Positions 17,174 to 27,049 of a stretch of DNA of 64,000 nt are shown one piece after another. The number at the start of each line of letters is the position of its first letter. Position 1 is the stretch's first letter. Under the pieces are notes generated by a model, which searched no databases, was not told the origin of the DNA, and was given only the letters and a program-made list of their open reading frames with translations. A program made the translations under genes and the position numbers. This DNA is from Candidatus Versatilivorator sp. (GTDB taxonomy: Bacteria; Acidobacteriota; Terriglobia; Versatilivoradales; Versatilivoraceae), in assembly GCA_965207735.1 (NCBI GenBank), contig OZ242296.1:4736001-4800000 (forward strand). Reading direction: 5' to 3'.

Positions 17174-19257
17174 CCCATCTTTAACAAAGAAACGGCCGAT
17201 TTGAGGTATTTTACCCCCATTTTAGCCTAAAACCACCCGTAAGTTGTTGATTCTTGGTTGAGGAGGTGAATGTAGTGCCATAATCGTATGGGATGGGCTT
17301 GACCCCCTCTCTCTCCTCTGGTAGCGTCCCTCCCATGTTCATCCGACGCACCCAGACCCGCAGCCTCCATTCCGGACAGACCTACTTCACCCACCGCCTC
17401 GTCCGCTCCCATCGCGTCAGTGGCAAGGTCCGCCAGCAGACCCTCCTCAACCTCGGTCGACACTTCTCGATCCCCCGTGAGGACTGGCCCTTGTTGTGCC
17501 GCCGTCTCGATCAGATCCTCACCGGTCAGTTGCCTCTCTTGCCGGTGGCTTCCACCCCGTTGGAGGAGGAAGCCCAACGCATGGCCCAGCGCTTGCTTGA
17601 GGGCGAAGCCGACGTGACCGGCGTTGGCGGGGAGGCCGCCTCAGAGGACCTGCAGACGGTCGAGGTGGATTCGGTGGCCTTGACACGTCCGCGCAGCGTG
17701 GGGGTGGAGCAGGTCGGTTGCTGGGCGCTGGAGCAGTTGGGGCTGGGGGATCTGCTGACCGAGTTAGGGCTGAACGGACCGATGCGGGCAGCGGCGTTGG
17801 GGGCCATGGTAGGCCGTCTGGCCCGACCGGGCTCGGAGAGGGCCACCTGGGGCTGGCTCAGGCGGCGCAGCGGCTTGGGCGAGTTGCTGGAGGTTGACTT
17901 CGAGAGCCTGAGTCTGATGCAGATGTATCGGGCCTCGGACGCGCTGATGAAGCATCGGGAGGCCATCGAGCGTCACCTCTTCACCCGGGCCATGGGGTTG
18001 TTCGATCTGGAGCCGACCGTCACCCTGTTCGATCTGACCAACACCTTCTTCGAAGGGGCGGCCAGCCATCAGCCCAAGGCCGAGCGGGGCCACTCGAAGG
18101 ACAAGCGCAGCGACTGTCGGCTGCTGACGCTGGGGTTGGTGCTGGACGGGGCGGGGTTTGTGCGCCGCTCGGAGGTCTTTGCCGGTAGGGTGGATGAGCC
18201 CCGCACCCTGGAGGGGATGCTGGAGGCGCTGGAGGCGCCCCGGGGAGCCTTGGTGGTGATGGATCGGGGGGTGGCGACCGAGGACCGGATCCAGTGGTTG
18301 AGGGAGGAAGGGTATCGCTACCTGGTGGCCAGCCGCCAGGGCCGGAGGCAGTTCGATGCCGAGGCGGCCGTGACGGTGGAGACGGCTTCCAAGGCCGAGC
18401 TGCAGCTCCACAAGGAGATCTCCGACGACGGGCAGGAAGTGCGTCTCTACTGCCGCTCACAGCAGCGGGCTGAGAAGGAGAAGGGCATCGTGGAGCGCTT
18501 CAGCCGGCGCTTCGAGCAGGGGCTCACCCGACTCTCCGAGGGGCTTTCCCGGCCGCGGACTCACAAAGGCGTCGAGAAGGTCCGGGAGAGGATCGGGCGG
18601 CTGAAGGAACAGAGCCGCGGGGTGGGGCAACACTACAGCATCGAGGTCCTCACCGACGAGAGCGGCCGCAAGGCGACAGCGCTGAGATGGAAGCACCGTC
18701 CCCGCCAGGGCTCGATGGCCACCCATCCGGGGGTCTACTGCCTGCGCAGCAACCAGACTGACTGGGACGAGGAAAGTCTCTGGCGTACCTACACGACTCT
18801 GACCGACGTGGAAGCGGTGTTTCGCTCCCTGAAGTCCGAGCTGGGCCTGCGGCCCATCTATCATCACAAGCCGGTGCGCTCGGAAGGTCACCTGTTTCTG
18901 ACGGTCATCGCCTATCAACTGGTGCAGGTCATCCGCAAACGCCTCAAGCAGCGCGGCGAGGCCTCCAGTTGGACCACGCTGCGGCGCATCCTGGAAGGAC
19001 AGCAGCGGGTCACGGTCACCTTCCGGCGTCAGGACGGGCGGACCTTGCACGTCCGCAAGGCCACACGGGCCGAACCCGATCAGAGGGCCATCTACGACGC
19101 CCTGGGCATCGATCCCTCTCCTGGAGGGATCCGCAAGATGATCGTCTGATTCCTCCAAAATCTCCGGTTTCAACGCGTTTGTAGTGCCACTTGCGCGTTG
19201 AGCCTTTTGTAACCTGTTGATAATAAACGTATACTTGGAAGCCGTGTTAAAGATGGG
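17174..19257 (+). mobile_element. IS1634-family insertion sequence
   Basis: 13 bp terminal inverted repeats cccatctttaaca (17174-17186) / tgttaaagatggg (19245-19257); CTAA duplicated on both sides (GCTAAC if TIR is 12 bp). Confidence 0.9.
17335..19149 (+). CDS. IS1634-family DDE transposase
   Basis: MFIRRT N-terminus, TLLNLG, FDLTNTFFEG, GHSKDKRSD, VVMDRG, VEAVFRSLKSELGLRPIYH. Confidence 0.93.
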   Translation: MFIRRTQTRSLHSGQTYFTHRLVRSHRVSGKVRQQTLLNLGRHFSIPREDWPLLCRRLDQILTGQLPLLPVASTPLEEEAQRMAQRLLEGEADVTGVGGEAASEDLQTVEVDSVALTRPRSVGVEQVGCWALEQLGLGDLLTELGLNGPMRAAALGAMVGRLARPGSERATWGWLRRRSGLGELLEVDFESLSLMQMYRASDALMKHREAIERHLFTRAMGLFDLEPTVTLFDLTNTFFEGAASHQPKAERGHSKDKRSDCRLLTLGLVLDGAGFVRRSEVFAGRVDEPRTLEGMLEALEAPRGALVVMDRGVATEDRIQWLREEGYRYLVASRQGRRQFDAEAAVTVETASKAELQLHKEISDDGQEVRLYCRSQQRAEKEKGIVERFSRRFEQGLTRLSEGLSRPRTHKGVEKVRERIGRLKEQSRGVGQHYSIEVLTDESGRKATALRWKHRPRQGSMATHPGVYCLRSNQTDWDEESLWRTYTTLTDVEAVFRSLKSELGLRPIYHHKPVRSEGHLFLTVIAYQLVQVIRKRLKQRGEASSWTTLRRILEGQQRVTVTFRRQDGRTLHVRKATRAEPDQRAIYDALGIDPSPGGIRKMIV

Positions 19258-20450
19258 CTAACCAGCCTGCCGTTGGCATGGATCTGGGCAAGCAGGTCCC
19301 CCTGGTGAGCCCCCACCCGGAACCGCGCCCGCACCAGTGGATCCCCGTCGATGGACTCATCGATCCTCTCCAGGAGCCTGGAGATTCCCTGGCGCCGGAG
19401 CGCCGATACCCGGAGGGCATCGTCCCCCGTGGGAAGCCTTAGCGGTTGCTCCAGCAGGTCGGTCTTGTTGTAGACCTCGAGGATCGGTTTGCCCGAATCC
19501 CCCAGCTCCTCCAGGACCTTGAGCACCGAGTTTCGCTGGTGCTCGACCCGGGGACTGGAGCAATCGATCACGTGCAGCAGCAGCTGCGCTTCTCCGATCT
19601 CCTCCAGGGTGGCCCGGAAGGCCGAGACCAGGGTGGCGGGAAGCTTGCTGATGAAGCCGACCGTGTCGGACAGAATGACCTCCCGCTTGGAGGGCAGCCG
19701 GATGCGGCGCAGCAAGGGATCCAGGGTGGCGAAGAGTTGGCGGGAGGCCAGGGTGTCCGATTGGGTCAGTGCATTGAAGAGTGTGGATTTACCGGCATTG
19801 GTATATCCGACCAGCGAGACGGTGGGAACGGGAACGGATTGGCGAAAGGAGCGGTGCAACTGCCGGTGCCCCCTCACCCGCTTTAGATCCCGCTTGATCT
19901 TGTGAATTCTCTGGTGGATCTTGCGTTGGTCCGTCTCCAACTTGGTCTCTCCCGGACCGCGCGTCCCGATTCCCCCACCCAGGCGGGACAGTTCCACTCC
20001 CCGTCCCCCCAATCGAGGCAGCCAGTAGTCGAGCTGGGCCAGTTCGACCTGCAGCTTGCCCTCCCGGGTTCGCGCACGGCTGGCGAAGATATCCAGGATG
20101 AGCTGGGTTCGGTCGACGACCTTGCAGTCGAGGGCGCGCTCGATGTTTCGTTGCTGGGCCGGAGAAAGGTTGTCATCGAAGATCACGGTGTCGGCCCGGT
20201 GCCGATCCAGCAGTCCCTTCAACCGCTCCAGCTTCCCCTTGCCGATCAGAAATGCCGGGTCATAGCGGGCCCGTTGCTGCAGCATGCGGGCGGCCACCCT
20301 GGCTCGGGCGGCGAAAGCCAGGGCAGCCAGCTCATCCAGCGATTCCTCCAGGCTCAGACCGGCTCCCCTGGCGGAAGCCGCGGTGACAGACCGCTTCAGC
20401 TCGCATCCCACCAGGATGACGTTCTCTTTGTCCGGGGCGGCGACGTCCAT
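19170..20450 (-). CDS. hflX: Ribosome-splitting GTPase HflX, with C-terminus replaced by IS-derived residues
   Basis: GGIGTRGPGETKLETD, VGYTNAGKSTL, LFATLD, DTVGF, NKTD. Confidence 0.95.
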   Translation of the reverse strand: MDVAAPDKENVILVGCELKRSVTAASARGAGLSLEESLDELAALAFAARARVAARMLQQRARYDPAFLIGKGKLERLKGLLDRHRADTVIFDDNLSPAQQRNIERALDCKVVDRTQLILDIFASRARTREGKLQVELAQLDYWLPRLGGRGVELSRLGGGIGTRGPGETKLETDQRKIHQRIHKIKRDLKRVRGHRQLHRSFRQSVPVPTVSLVGYTNAGKSTLFNALTQSDTLASRQLFATLDPLLRRIRLPSKREVILSDTVGFISKLPATLVSAFRATLEEIGEAQLLLHVIDCSSPRVEHQRNSVLKVLEELGDSGKPILEVYNKTDLLEQPLRLPTGDDALRVSALRRQGISRLLERIDESIDGDPLVRARFRVGAHQGDLLAQIHANGRLVSPSLTRLPSIRLLSTGYKRLNAQVALQTR

Positions 20451-20451
20451 C

Positions 20452-20787
20452 TCAGTTCGAAGGCTCCGGCTTGGGGGCCGTGGCTGCCGGGGAAGGAGGT
20501 TCGGAAGGCGGCGAGGGCGGTTCCGAAGGCGGCGAGGGCGGTTCCGAAGGCGGCGAGGGCGAAGCCGAAGCGACGGCGACCGATTTGGTCGTCACAACGG
20601 TCGAGATGGCATGTTTGAAGATGAGCTGGTCCCGTTGGCCGGACTCCAGAATGACCGCGAACTTGTCGAAGCTCTTGATCCGGCCGGTCAGCTTGACGCC
20701 GCTCATCAGGAAGAGGGTTACCGCCAGCTTCTCGCGGCGAAGTTGGTTGAGAAAGACATCCTGAATATTGTGTGGTTGCTTTTCCAT
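20452..20787 (-). CDS. hfq: RNA chaperone Hfq with Pro/Ser repeat tail
   Basis: [30 protein letters not shown]. Confidence 0.97.
   Translation of the reverse strand: MEKQPHNIQDVFLNQLRREKLAVTLFLMSGVKLTGRIKSFDKFAVILESGQRDQLIFKHAISTVVTTKSVAVASASPSPPSEPPSPPSEPPSPPSEPPSPAATAPKPEPSN
20498..20560. repeat. 21 bp in-frame tandem repeat x3 in hfq
   Basis: ggttc(c/g)gaaggcggcgagggc x3, encoding PSPPSEP repeats. Confidence 0.9.
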
Positions 20788-20837
20788 GGATTTCCTGATT
20801 CTCCTGAATACCGTCCGGGTTTCGGTCTTTTAGACCT

Positions 20838-21827
20838 CTAAGGTGAAGACGAAAGCACGGAAGGAGTCAACCTCCCCGAAGGCTGCCCTGAGCCGGCTTG
20901 GAAAAAATCGCGCCCATTGGCTTCAACGGCCGATCCGAGGGAATCGTCATCCCCGAATCCCGGGAACCAGATCACCTTCTCTTCCTTGCGAAACCAGGTC
21001 AACTGGCGCTTGGCGTAATTGCGTGTGGCCTGTTTGGTGGCCTCAACCGCTGACTGCAGGGACATCTCTCCGCGCAGAAACTGCACCGCCTGAAGGTAAC
21101 CGAGCGATTGGAGGGGCTTGCAGTCGGGAGTATACCCCTTGGCCAGGATGGACCGAACCTCCTCCACCAGTCCGCCGGCGAACATGCGGTCGACGCGCTC
21201 CTCGATTCTTTGGTAGAGCCGGTCCCGCGGCGGGTTGAGTCCGATCTTCAGCAGCCGGTACCCCTGCAGTTTTTCGGTGGCGGCCCGGAAGTGAACCGAG
21301 AGGGGCTTGGCAGTCAGAAAAAAGACCTCCAGGGCTCGTATGACCTTGGGCCGGTCCGGGGGCGAGATGCGCCGGGCCGAGTCCGGGTCCACTCTCGCCA
21401 GCAGACGGTGGAGGTGAGTGTCCCCCTTGCGCCGGGCCTGCTCTTGCAGGCGTTGTCTCAGCGATTGGCAGCGGGAGGGTCCGTCGAAGAGTCCGTTGAG
21501 CAGTGCGCGGAGGTAGAGCCCCGTGCCCCCTGCCACTATCGGCAGGTTTCCCCTCTGTCTGATTTCCGACAATACCCTTCGGCCTTGGACCATGTACTGT
21601 CCGGCGGTGTACTGCTGGTCCGGATCGAGGAAGTCGATCAGATGGTGAGGGATGCCGGCCTGCTCGGACTTGAGCACCTTGGAGGTGCCGATGTCCAGAA
21701 AGCGGTAGACCTGCACCGAATCGCAACCGACGATCTCGCCCTGGAATCGACGGGCAAGGCGGAGCGCCAAGCCGGATTTCCCGCTTGCGGTGGGTCCCAG
21801 AACGGCGATGAGGGGTGGATTCGTCAA
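20838..21827 (-). CDS. miaA: tRNA dimethylallyltransferase
   Basis: GPTASGKS, DSVQVYRFLDIGTSK, GGTGLY, YAKRQLTW; miaA-hfq-hflX synteny. Confidence 0.97.
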   Translation of the reverse strand: MTNPPLIAVLGPTASGKSGLALRLARRFQGEIVGCDSVQVYRFLDIGTSKVLKSEQAGIPHHLIDFLDPDQQYTAGQYMVQGRRVLSEIRQRGNLPIVAGGTGLYLRALLNGLFDGPSRCQSLRQRLQEQARRKGDTHLHRLLARVDPDSARRISPPDRPKVIRALEVFFLTAKPLSVHFRAATEKLQGYRLLKIGLNPPRDRLYQRIEERVDRMFAGGLVEEVRSILAKGYTPDCKPLQSLGYLQAVQFLRGEMSLQSAVEATKQATRNYAKRQLTWFRKEEKVIWFPGFGDDDSLGSAVEANGRDFFQAGSGQPSGRLTPSVLSSSP

Positions 21828-21916
21828 GACCAGAGCCAGATACGAAGGGCCAGGTAGGCAAACAGGAGCGTGGCCAGGATACAGAGTCCCAACAACTGGT
21901 TGCGCGACGTCCTCAT
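21824..21916 (-). CDS. Small 30 aa single-TM protein overlapping miaA start
   Basis: MRTSRNQLLGLCILATLLFAYLALRIWLWS; stop overlaps the miaA TTG. Confidence 0.45.
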   Translation of the reverse strand: MRTSRNQLLGLCILATLLFAYLALRIWLWS

Positions 21917-22170
21917 GAACCGATCCCTAACCGGAGGAAGAAAAAATCTACTCCATCCCGGTTCCAATGTAAACAGGGGGATGTCGGGTTGGATCACTCG
22001 CCCCTCAGAGGATCTCCTTGGCCGAGCTTGCCGCCCGTTCCCGCTCGCCCCGACCTTTTCCGATCCGAACTGCTGTTTCATGCTAACCTTGATTTGGAAC
22101 CGGCTGGGAACTGATCTGAAGGTGCCGGAAGGTCACCAGTTTCACCCTCCTCTCAGGAAACCGACCTGAC

Positions 22171-23418
22171 ATGAGCAAACGGACCAAAGTCTATGGGTTT
22201 CTGATCCTGCTGGCGGTCTTGGCCGGCGGAGCCCACCTTCTCAGACAGAAGCTCGAAACCCCGGCCGCCTCCGGTCAAGGGTCCCCGGCAGCCTCTCCGG
22301 GCGGCGAGAACGGCGCCGCGGCCGCCCCGGTGGAGCTGGCCCAGGCCAGACGGGACCGGATCACCCACCAGCTCTCTTCCACTTCCAACCTGAGGCCCTT
22401 GAGGGAAGTCGAGGTCACGGCCCAAACCGGGGGAATCGTCCAAAGCCTGCTGGTGGAGGAAGGGGACTTCGTCAGGCAGGGACAGCTCCTGGGTCGCCTG
22501 GATGACCGCTCGCTCCGAATCCAGTTGGATCTGACGCGGGAAAAGCTGGCCCAGTCGAAGTTGCAGTTGGAAAAAGCCCGCATCCGCCGGGAAAAGGCCA
22601 AGGTGCAGATCGCCAACACCGAGAATGAACGCCAGCGGCTGCAGGAAGCCTATGAAGAGCAGTTGATCAGCGAGCGGGAGTATGACCAGGTGCGGTATCA
22701 GTTGGACGAACTGGGCCACGACGAGCGGGTCTCGGCCTCGGAGAGCCGGGAGTTGGTTCACCGCGTGCAGGAACTGGAGGCGGAGATCCGCAAATCGGAG
22801 CTCGAGATCTCCCATACCCGGATCACGGCTCCCTTCGGCGGACGGATTACCGAACGCACCATGGAGCTGGGGAAAAATGTTCGCAGTGCCGACAAGCTGT
22901 TCAAGCTGGGAGCCTTTTCTCCTCTGTATGCCGACGTCTTCCTTTCGGAACGGGAGGCCCGCCGGGTACGCCCCGGACAGGAGGCCTCGGTGCGCCTGGG
23001 TGCGGATGAAGACGTTGAGGGAGTGGGACGGGTGGTGCGGGTCAGTCCGGTGGTCGACACCTCCAGCGGAACCATCAAGGTTACGGTGGAGCTCACCCCC
23101 GAAACCGAGGGATTCATGCCGGGCGGGTTTGTCAGGGTGGCCATTCAGACCGACGTGCGGCCCGATGCCATCCTGGTTCCGAAGCGGGCCGTGATGGAAC
23201 GGGATGGGGAGTCCTTCCTCTTTCTGGCCGACAATGGCGTGGCGCGGCGGGTGCCCGTGCAACTGGGTTATGAAGAGGATGGCAATATCCAGATCCTGCA
23301 GGGCATTTCCGCCGGGGATCGAGTGGTGGTCGCCGGACAGGGCGCCTTGGAGGATGGGTCCGAGATCAGGAAGGTGGGGGAAGACTCTGCCAACGGCGTG
23401 CCTGAAGGAGCCACCTGA
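22171..23418 (+). CDS. RND efflux membrane fusion protein
   Basis: N-terminal TM, VEEGDFVRQGQLL lipoyl-like motif, coiled hairpin, ITAPFGG, GISAGDRVV. Confidence 0.93.
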   Translation: MSKRTKVYGFLILLAVLAGGAHLLRQKLETPAASGQGSPAASPGGENGAAAAPVELAQARRDRITHQLSSTSNLRPLREVEVTAQTGGIVQSLLVEEGDFVRQGQLLGRLDDRSLRIQLDLTREKLAQSKLQLEKARIRREKAKVQIANTENERQRLQEAYEEQLISEREYDQVRYQLDELGHDERVSASESRELVHRVQELEAEIRKSELEISHTRITAPFGGRITERTMELGKNVRSADKLFKLGAFSPLYADVFLSEREARRVRPGQEASVRLGADEDVEGVGRVVRVSPVVDTSSGTIKVTVELTPETEGFMPGGFVRVAIQTDVRPDAILVPKRAVMERDGESFLFLADNGVARRVPVQLGYEEDGNIQILQGISAGDRVVVAGQGALEDGSEIRKVGEDSANGVPEGAT

Positions 23419-23572
23419 CACCCCCGCCGCCTGCATTCCCCTGTCAGTCCGGGTTGCATGGCGGGCATCCGGCCCTGGCTTGGCCCCGGACCGTCAACCT
23501 GACCCGCGTCCCTGCCGGCATGCTCCCGCATATCTTTCCGATTCCGGCCTTGGCCTTCAAGCCTCCTGAGCC

Positions 23573-26500
23573 ATGATTCAGCTTGCCATTCGGCGTCCCG
23601 TCACCGTCTCCATGTTCGTGGTGGCGGTGGCCCTTTTCGGCCTGGTCTCCCTGCAGCGGATGGCCCTCAATCTGCTGCCGGAAATCGCCTATCCCGCACT
23701 CACCATCCTGACCGACTACGAGGACGCGGCTCCCGAAGAGATCGAAAACCTGATCACCCGTCCCATCGAGGAGGTGGTCGGGGTGGTGGGAGGCCTGACC
23801 CGGGTGGAGTCGGTGTCGCGATCGGGTCAGTCGGAAGTCGTTCTGGAGTTTACCTGGCGGACCAACATGGATGTGGCCACCCTGGAAGTCAGGGAGAAGC
23901 TGGATCTGCTGCAGTTGTCCCGGGACGTCGAGCGACCGGTGCTGTTGCGCTTCGATCCTTCCTACGATCCCGTCATGCGCCTTCAGTTCTGGGGTGAAGT
24001 CAGCCTCAGCCGGCTGCGCTACCTGGCCGACGAGGAGCTGAAGAAGAGCCTTGAGTCCACCGAAGGCGTGGCGGCCATCAAGGTGGTGGGCGGCCTGGAG
24101 GAGCAGATCCGCATTGAAATCGACGAGAAGCGGCTGGCGGAGCTGAGGATTCCCATCACGGAAGTGACCCAGGTGCTTACCCGGGAGAACCTGAATCAGG
24201 CTTCCGGGAGCCTGTATGACCTGGATGCCAACTACATGGTTCGCATGTTGAACCAGTTCCGCTCGGTGGAAGAGATCGACCGGATCATCCTGCGGGATTC
24301 GGATGGCAAGCGGGTCGTCCTGGGCGAGGTGGCCGAGGTCTGGCGGGGCTCCAAGGACCGGGAGGTGATTGCCCGCATCGACGGCCGGGAGAGCGTGGAA
24401 CTGGCGGTCTACAAGGAGGGCGACGCCAATACGGTGATGGTGGCCCGGGCCGTGGAGGCAAAGCTGGAGAAGCTGCGCAAGGACGGGGTCCTTTCGGGGA
24501 ATCTCCAGGTCCGCACCGTTTTCAATCAGGCCCGCTTCATTCAGCAGGCCGTGGACAACGTGCTCTGGTCGGCGGTGTTGGGAGCGGTCCTGGCCACCCT
24601 GGTGCTCTACCTGTTCCTGCGTCACCTCAGGAGCACCCTCCTGGTGGCTTTTTCCATTCCCATTTCCGTCCTGGCGACCTTCGCCCTGATGTACCAGATG
24701 GATGTTTCCCTGAACATCATGTCCCTGGGCGGGATTGCGCTGGGCGTGGGCATGCTGGTGGACAACTCCATCGTGGTTCTGGAGGCGGTGCATCGCCAGG
24801 ACCGCTCCCGAACCAGCCTGCCGGAAGCCGTCTACCGGGGGACTCGGGAGGTCGGAACCGCGGTCACCGCTTCCACGCTGACCACCCTGGCGGTGTTTCT
24901 GCCGCTGGTCTTTGTGGAGGGCATCGCCGGACAACTGTTCAAGGACCAGGCCCTCACCATTATCTTTTCTCTTTCGGCCTCGCTGCTGGTGGCGTTGACC
25001 TTCATTCCCATGGTGCTGGCGCTGCAGATCCAGCCGCCTCCCCCGGCTCCGGGGAAAGCCCTTCCGGAGCCCGAGCCCAAGACCCTCGCCCCCGGGTTCA
25101 GGGGAGCCGCCGGCCGCGTCCTTTTCTTTTTCCGCAAAGTCCTCGGCCGGGCGGTTGCCTTTGTGTTTGTGGACCTCCTTACCGTGGTGCTGGTGGACGT
25201 TCGGGTTGGGCTGCAATGGCTGGGCCGAGGCATGCTGCGGCTGATGGCTCCGGGTCTGAGCGCCTTCGAGGCGGTCCTGGAGGCGGTGAGGCGCCGGTAT
25301 CCCGGCTGGCTCGAGCTGGCGCTCGACCACAAGGGACGGATCCTGGCGGCAACCGGTCTGCTGGTCGCCCTGGCCGTGGTTGCCTCTTTTCGGCTGGGTG
25401 CCGAATTGATCCCATCCCTGACCCAGGGGGAGTTCGCCTTCGAAGTTCGCTTGCCGGAGGGGACGCCGCTGGCCCGGACGGACCGGCTTCTGAAAGAGGT
25501 CGAAAGGCAGGTGGCTGAATTCGAGGGGGTCGAAACGGTCTTCTCCAGTGCCGGAGGCAGCAACCAGAACCAGTTCGCCCGGCAGCTCGAGGAGGAGCAC
25601 GTCGGCCAGCTTCACGTGGTCATGGAGAACCGGCGGGACAGGCAGGCGGAGCTCGAGGTCACCGAGCGCCTCCGTGGCCGGCTGAGCCAATACCCGGAAC
25701 TGACCTACACCTTTCGCCGGCCCACTCTGTTCAGCTTCAAGACCCCGATCGAAGTGGAGATATACGGCTACGACCTGGGCGAGCTGCAAGCAGCGGCCAA
25801 CCAGGTCGCCGCACGCATGGAAGGGATCGCCGGCCTCAAGGATGTCAAGACCACGACCCGTCTGGGGAATCCGGAGATCCAGGTGCGTTTCGATCGGGAA
25901 CGGCTGGCCCGCCTCAATCTGGACGAGAATTCGATTGCCAATATTCTGAGAAACAAGATTCGCGGAGAGGTGGCCTCGCGCTACCGCGAAGAGGACAAGC
26001 AGATCGATATTCTGGTCCGAGCGGCCGAATCGGACCGGGACGCCATCCAGGATCTGAAGGAACTGGTCATCAACATGGGTTCGAGGGCCTTTTCGGGCGC
26101 GGGCGGCGAATCGAGCTCGGGGACTGCCGCGGGCGACGGCTCCGGCGAGGGGGCCGGGTCCGGCGCCGAGGGGACAGCCGTTCAAACCGCCGATGGGGAC
26201 TCCGAGGCCGCCCGAACCGTGCCCATCCGCTTGAACTCGGTGGCGGACATCGACATCGGCAGGGGCCCCGGCGAAGTGAGGCGCATCGGTTCCCAGCGGG
26301 CGGCGGTGGTGTCGGCCAATCTGAGCGGAATGGATCTCAGCCGTGCCTCCCGGGCGATCCAGGCCGAGCTGGGCGACCTTCGCGGGCGGCTTCCGGCGAC
26401 TGTCAGCCTGTCGTTGGCCGGACAGAACCGGGAGTTGGCGACCTCCTATCGAAGCCTGTTCATGGCTCTGGCCCTGGCCGTGTTCCTGGTCTACCTGGTG

Positions 26501-26995
26501 ATGGCCTCGCAGTTCGAATCCTTCATTCATCCTCTGATTATCATGTTCACGGTTCCTCTGGGTCTGGTCGGGGTGGTCCTGGCCCTGGTGCTGACGGCCA
26601 CCGCGGTCAGCGTGGTGGTGATGCTGGGATTGATCATCCTGTCGGGGATCATGGTCAACAACGCCATACTCCTGGTGGACTACACCAACAAGCTCCGCCG
26701 GGGCGGACAGGCCAGGCGCGCCGCCCTGCTGCAGGCCGGTCGGGTCAGGCTGAGGCCCATCCTGATGACCACCCTCACCACCGCCCTGGGGCTCATCCCC
26801 ATGGCCCTCGGTTGGGGAGAAGGAGCTGAGATTCGGTCTCCCATGGCCATCGCGGTCATGGGGGGATTGCTGTTCTCGGCTCTGTTGACCCTCTTCTTCA
26901 TTCCGGTGGTCTACGAGCTGGTGGATCGACGGGACCTGCGGGCCGAGGCCCCTGCCGCCCTCGGGGCCGGAGCGGGCGCGGACGAAACGAGGTGA
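23573..26995 (+). CDS. RND (AcrB-family) permease 1
   Basis: AIRRPV, NIMSLGGIALGVGMLVDNSIVV, VNNAILLVD, RLRPILMTT. Confidence 0.95.
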   Translation: MIQLAIRRPVTVSMFVVAVALFGLVSLQRMALNLLPEIAYPALTILTDYEDAAPEEIENLITRPIEEVVGVVGGLTRVESVSRSGQSEVVLEFTWRTNMDVATLEVREKLDLLQLSRDVERPVLLRFDPSYDPVMRLQFWGEVSLSRLRYLADEELKKSLESTEGVAAIKVVGGLEEQIRIEIDEKRLAELRIPITEVTQVLTRENLNQASGSLYDLDANYMVRMLNQFRSVEEIDRIILRDSDGKRVVLGEVAEVWRGSKDREVIARIDGRESVELAVYKEGDANTVMVARAVEAKLEKLRKDGVLSGNLQVRTVFNQARFIQQAVDNVLWSAVLGAVLATLVLYLFLRHLRSTLLVAFSIPISVLATFALMYQMDVSLNIMSLGGIALGVGMLVDNSIVVLEAVHRQDRSRTSLPEAVYRGTREVGTAVTASTLTTLAVFLPLVFVEGIAGQLFKDQALTIIFSLSASLLVALTFIPMVLALQIQPPPPAPGKALPEPEPKTLAPGFRGAAGRVLFFFRKVLGRAVAFVFVDLLTVVLVDVRVGLQWLGRGMLRLMAPGLSAFEAVLEAVRRRYPGWLELALDHKGRILAATGLLVALAVVASFRLGAELIPSLTQGEFAFEVRLPEGTPLARTDRLLKEVERQVAEFEGVETVFSSAGGSNQNQFARQLEEEHVGQLHVVMENRRDRQAELEVTERLRGRLSQYPELTYTFRRPTLFSFKTPIEVEIYGYDLGELQAAANQVAARMEGIAGLKDVKTTTRLGNPEIQVRFDRERLARLNLDENSIANILRNKIRGEVASRYREEDKQIDILVRAAESDRDAIQDLKELVINMGSRAFSGAGGESSSGTAAGDGSGEGAGSGAEGTAVQTADGDSEAARTVPIRLNSVADIDIGRGPGEVRRIGSQRAAVVSANLSGMDLSRASRAIQAELGDLRGRLPATVSLSLAGQNRELATSYRSLFMALALAVFLVYLVMASQFESFIHPLIIMFTVPLGLVGVVLALVLTATAVSVVVMLGLIILSGIMVNNAILLVDYTNKLRRGGQARRAALLQAGRVRLRPILMTTLTTALGLIPMALGWGEGAEIRSPMAIAVMGGLLFSALLTLFFIPVVYELVDRRDLRAEAPAALGAGAGADETR

Positions 26996-27049
26996 GGAGG
27001 CTCGGGGAGGAGTGGGCATTGCCCCGAAGCCTGGTCGAGGAGAGAGAGA

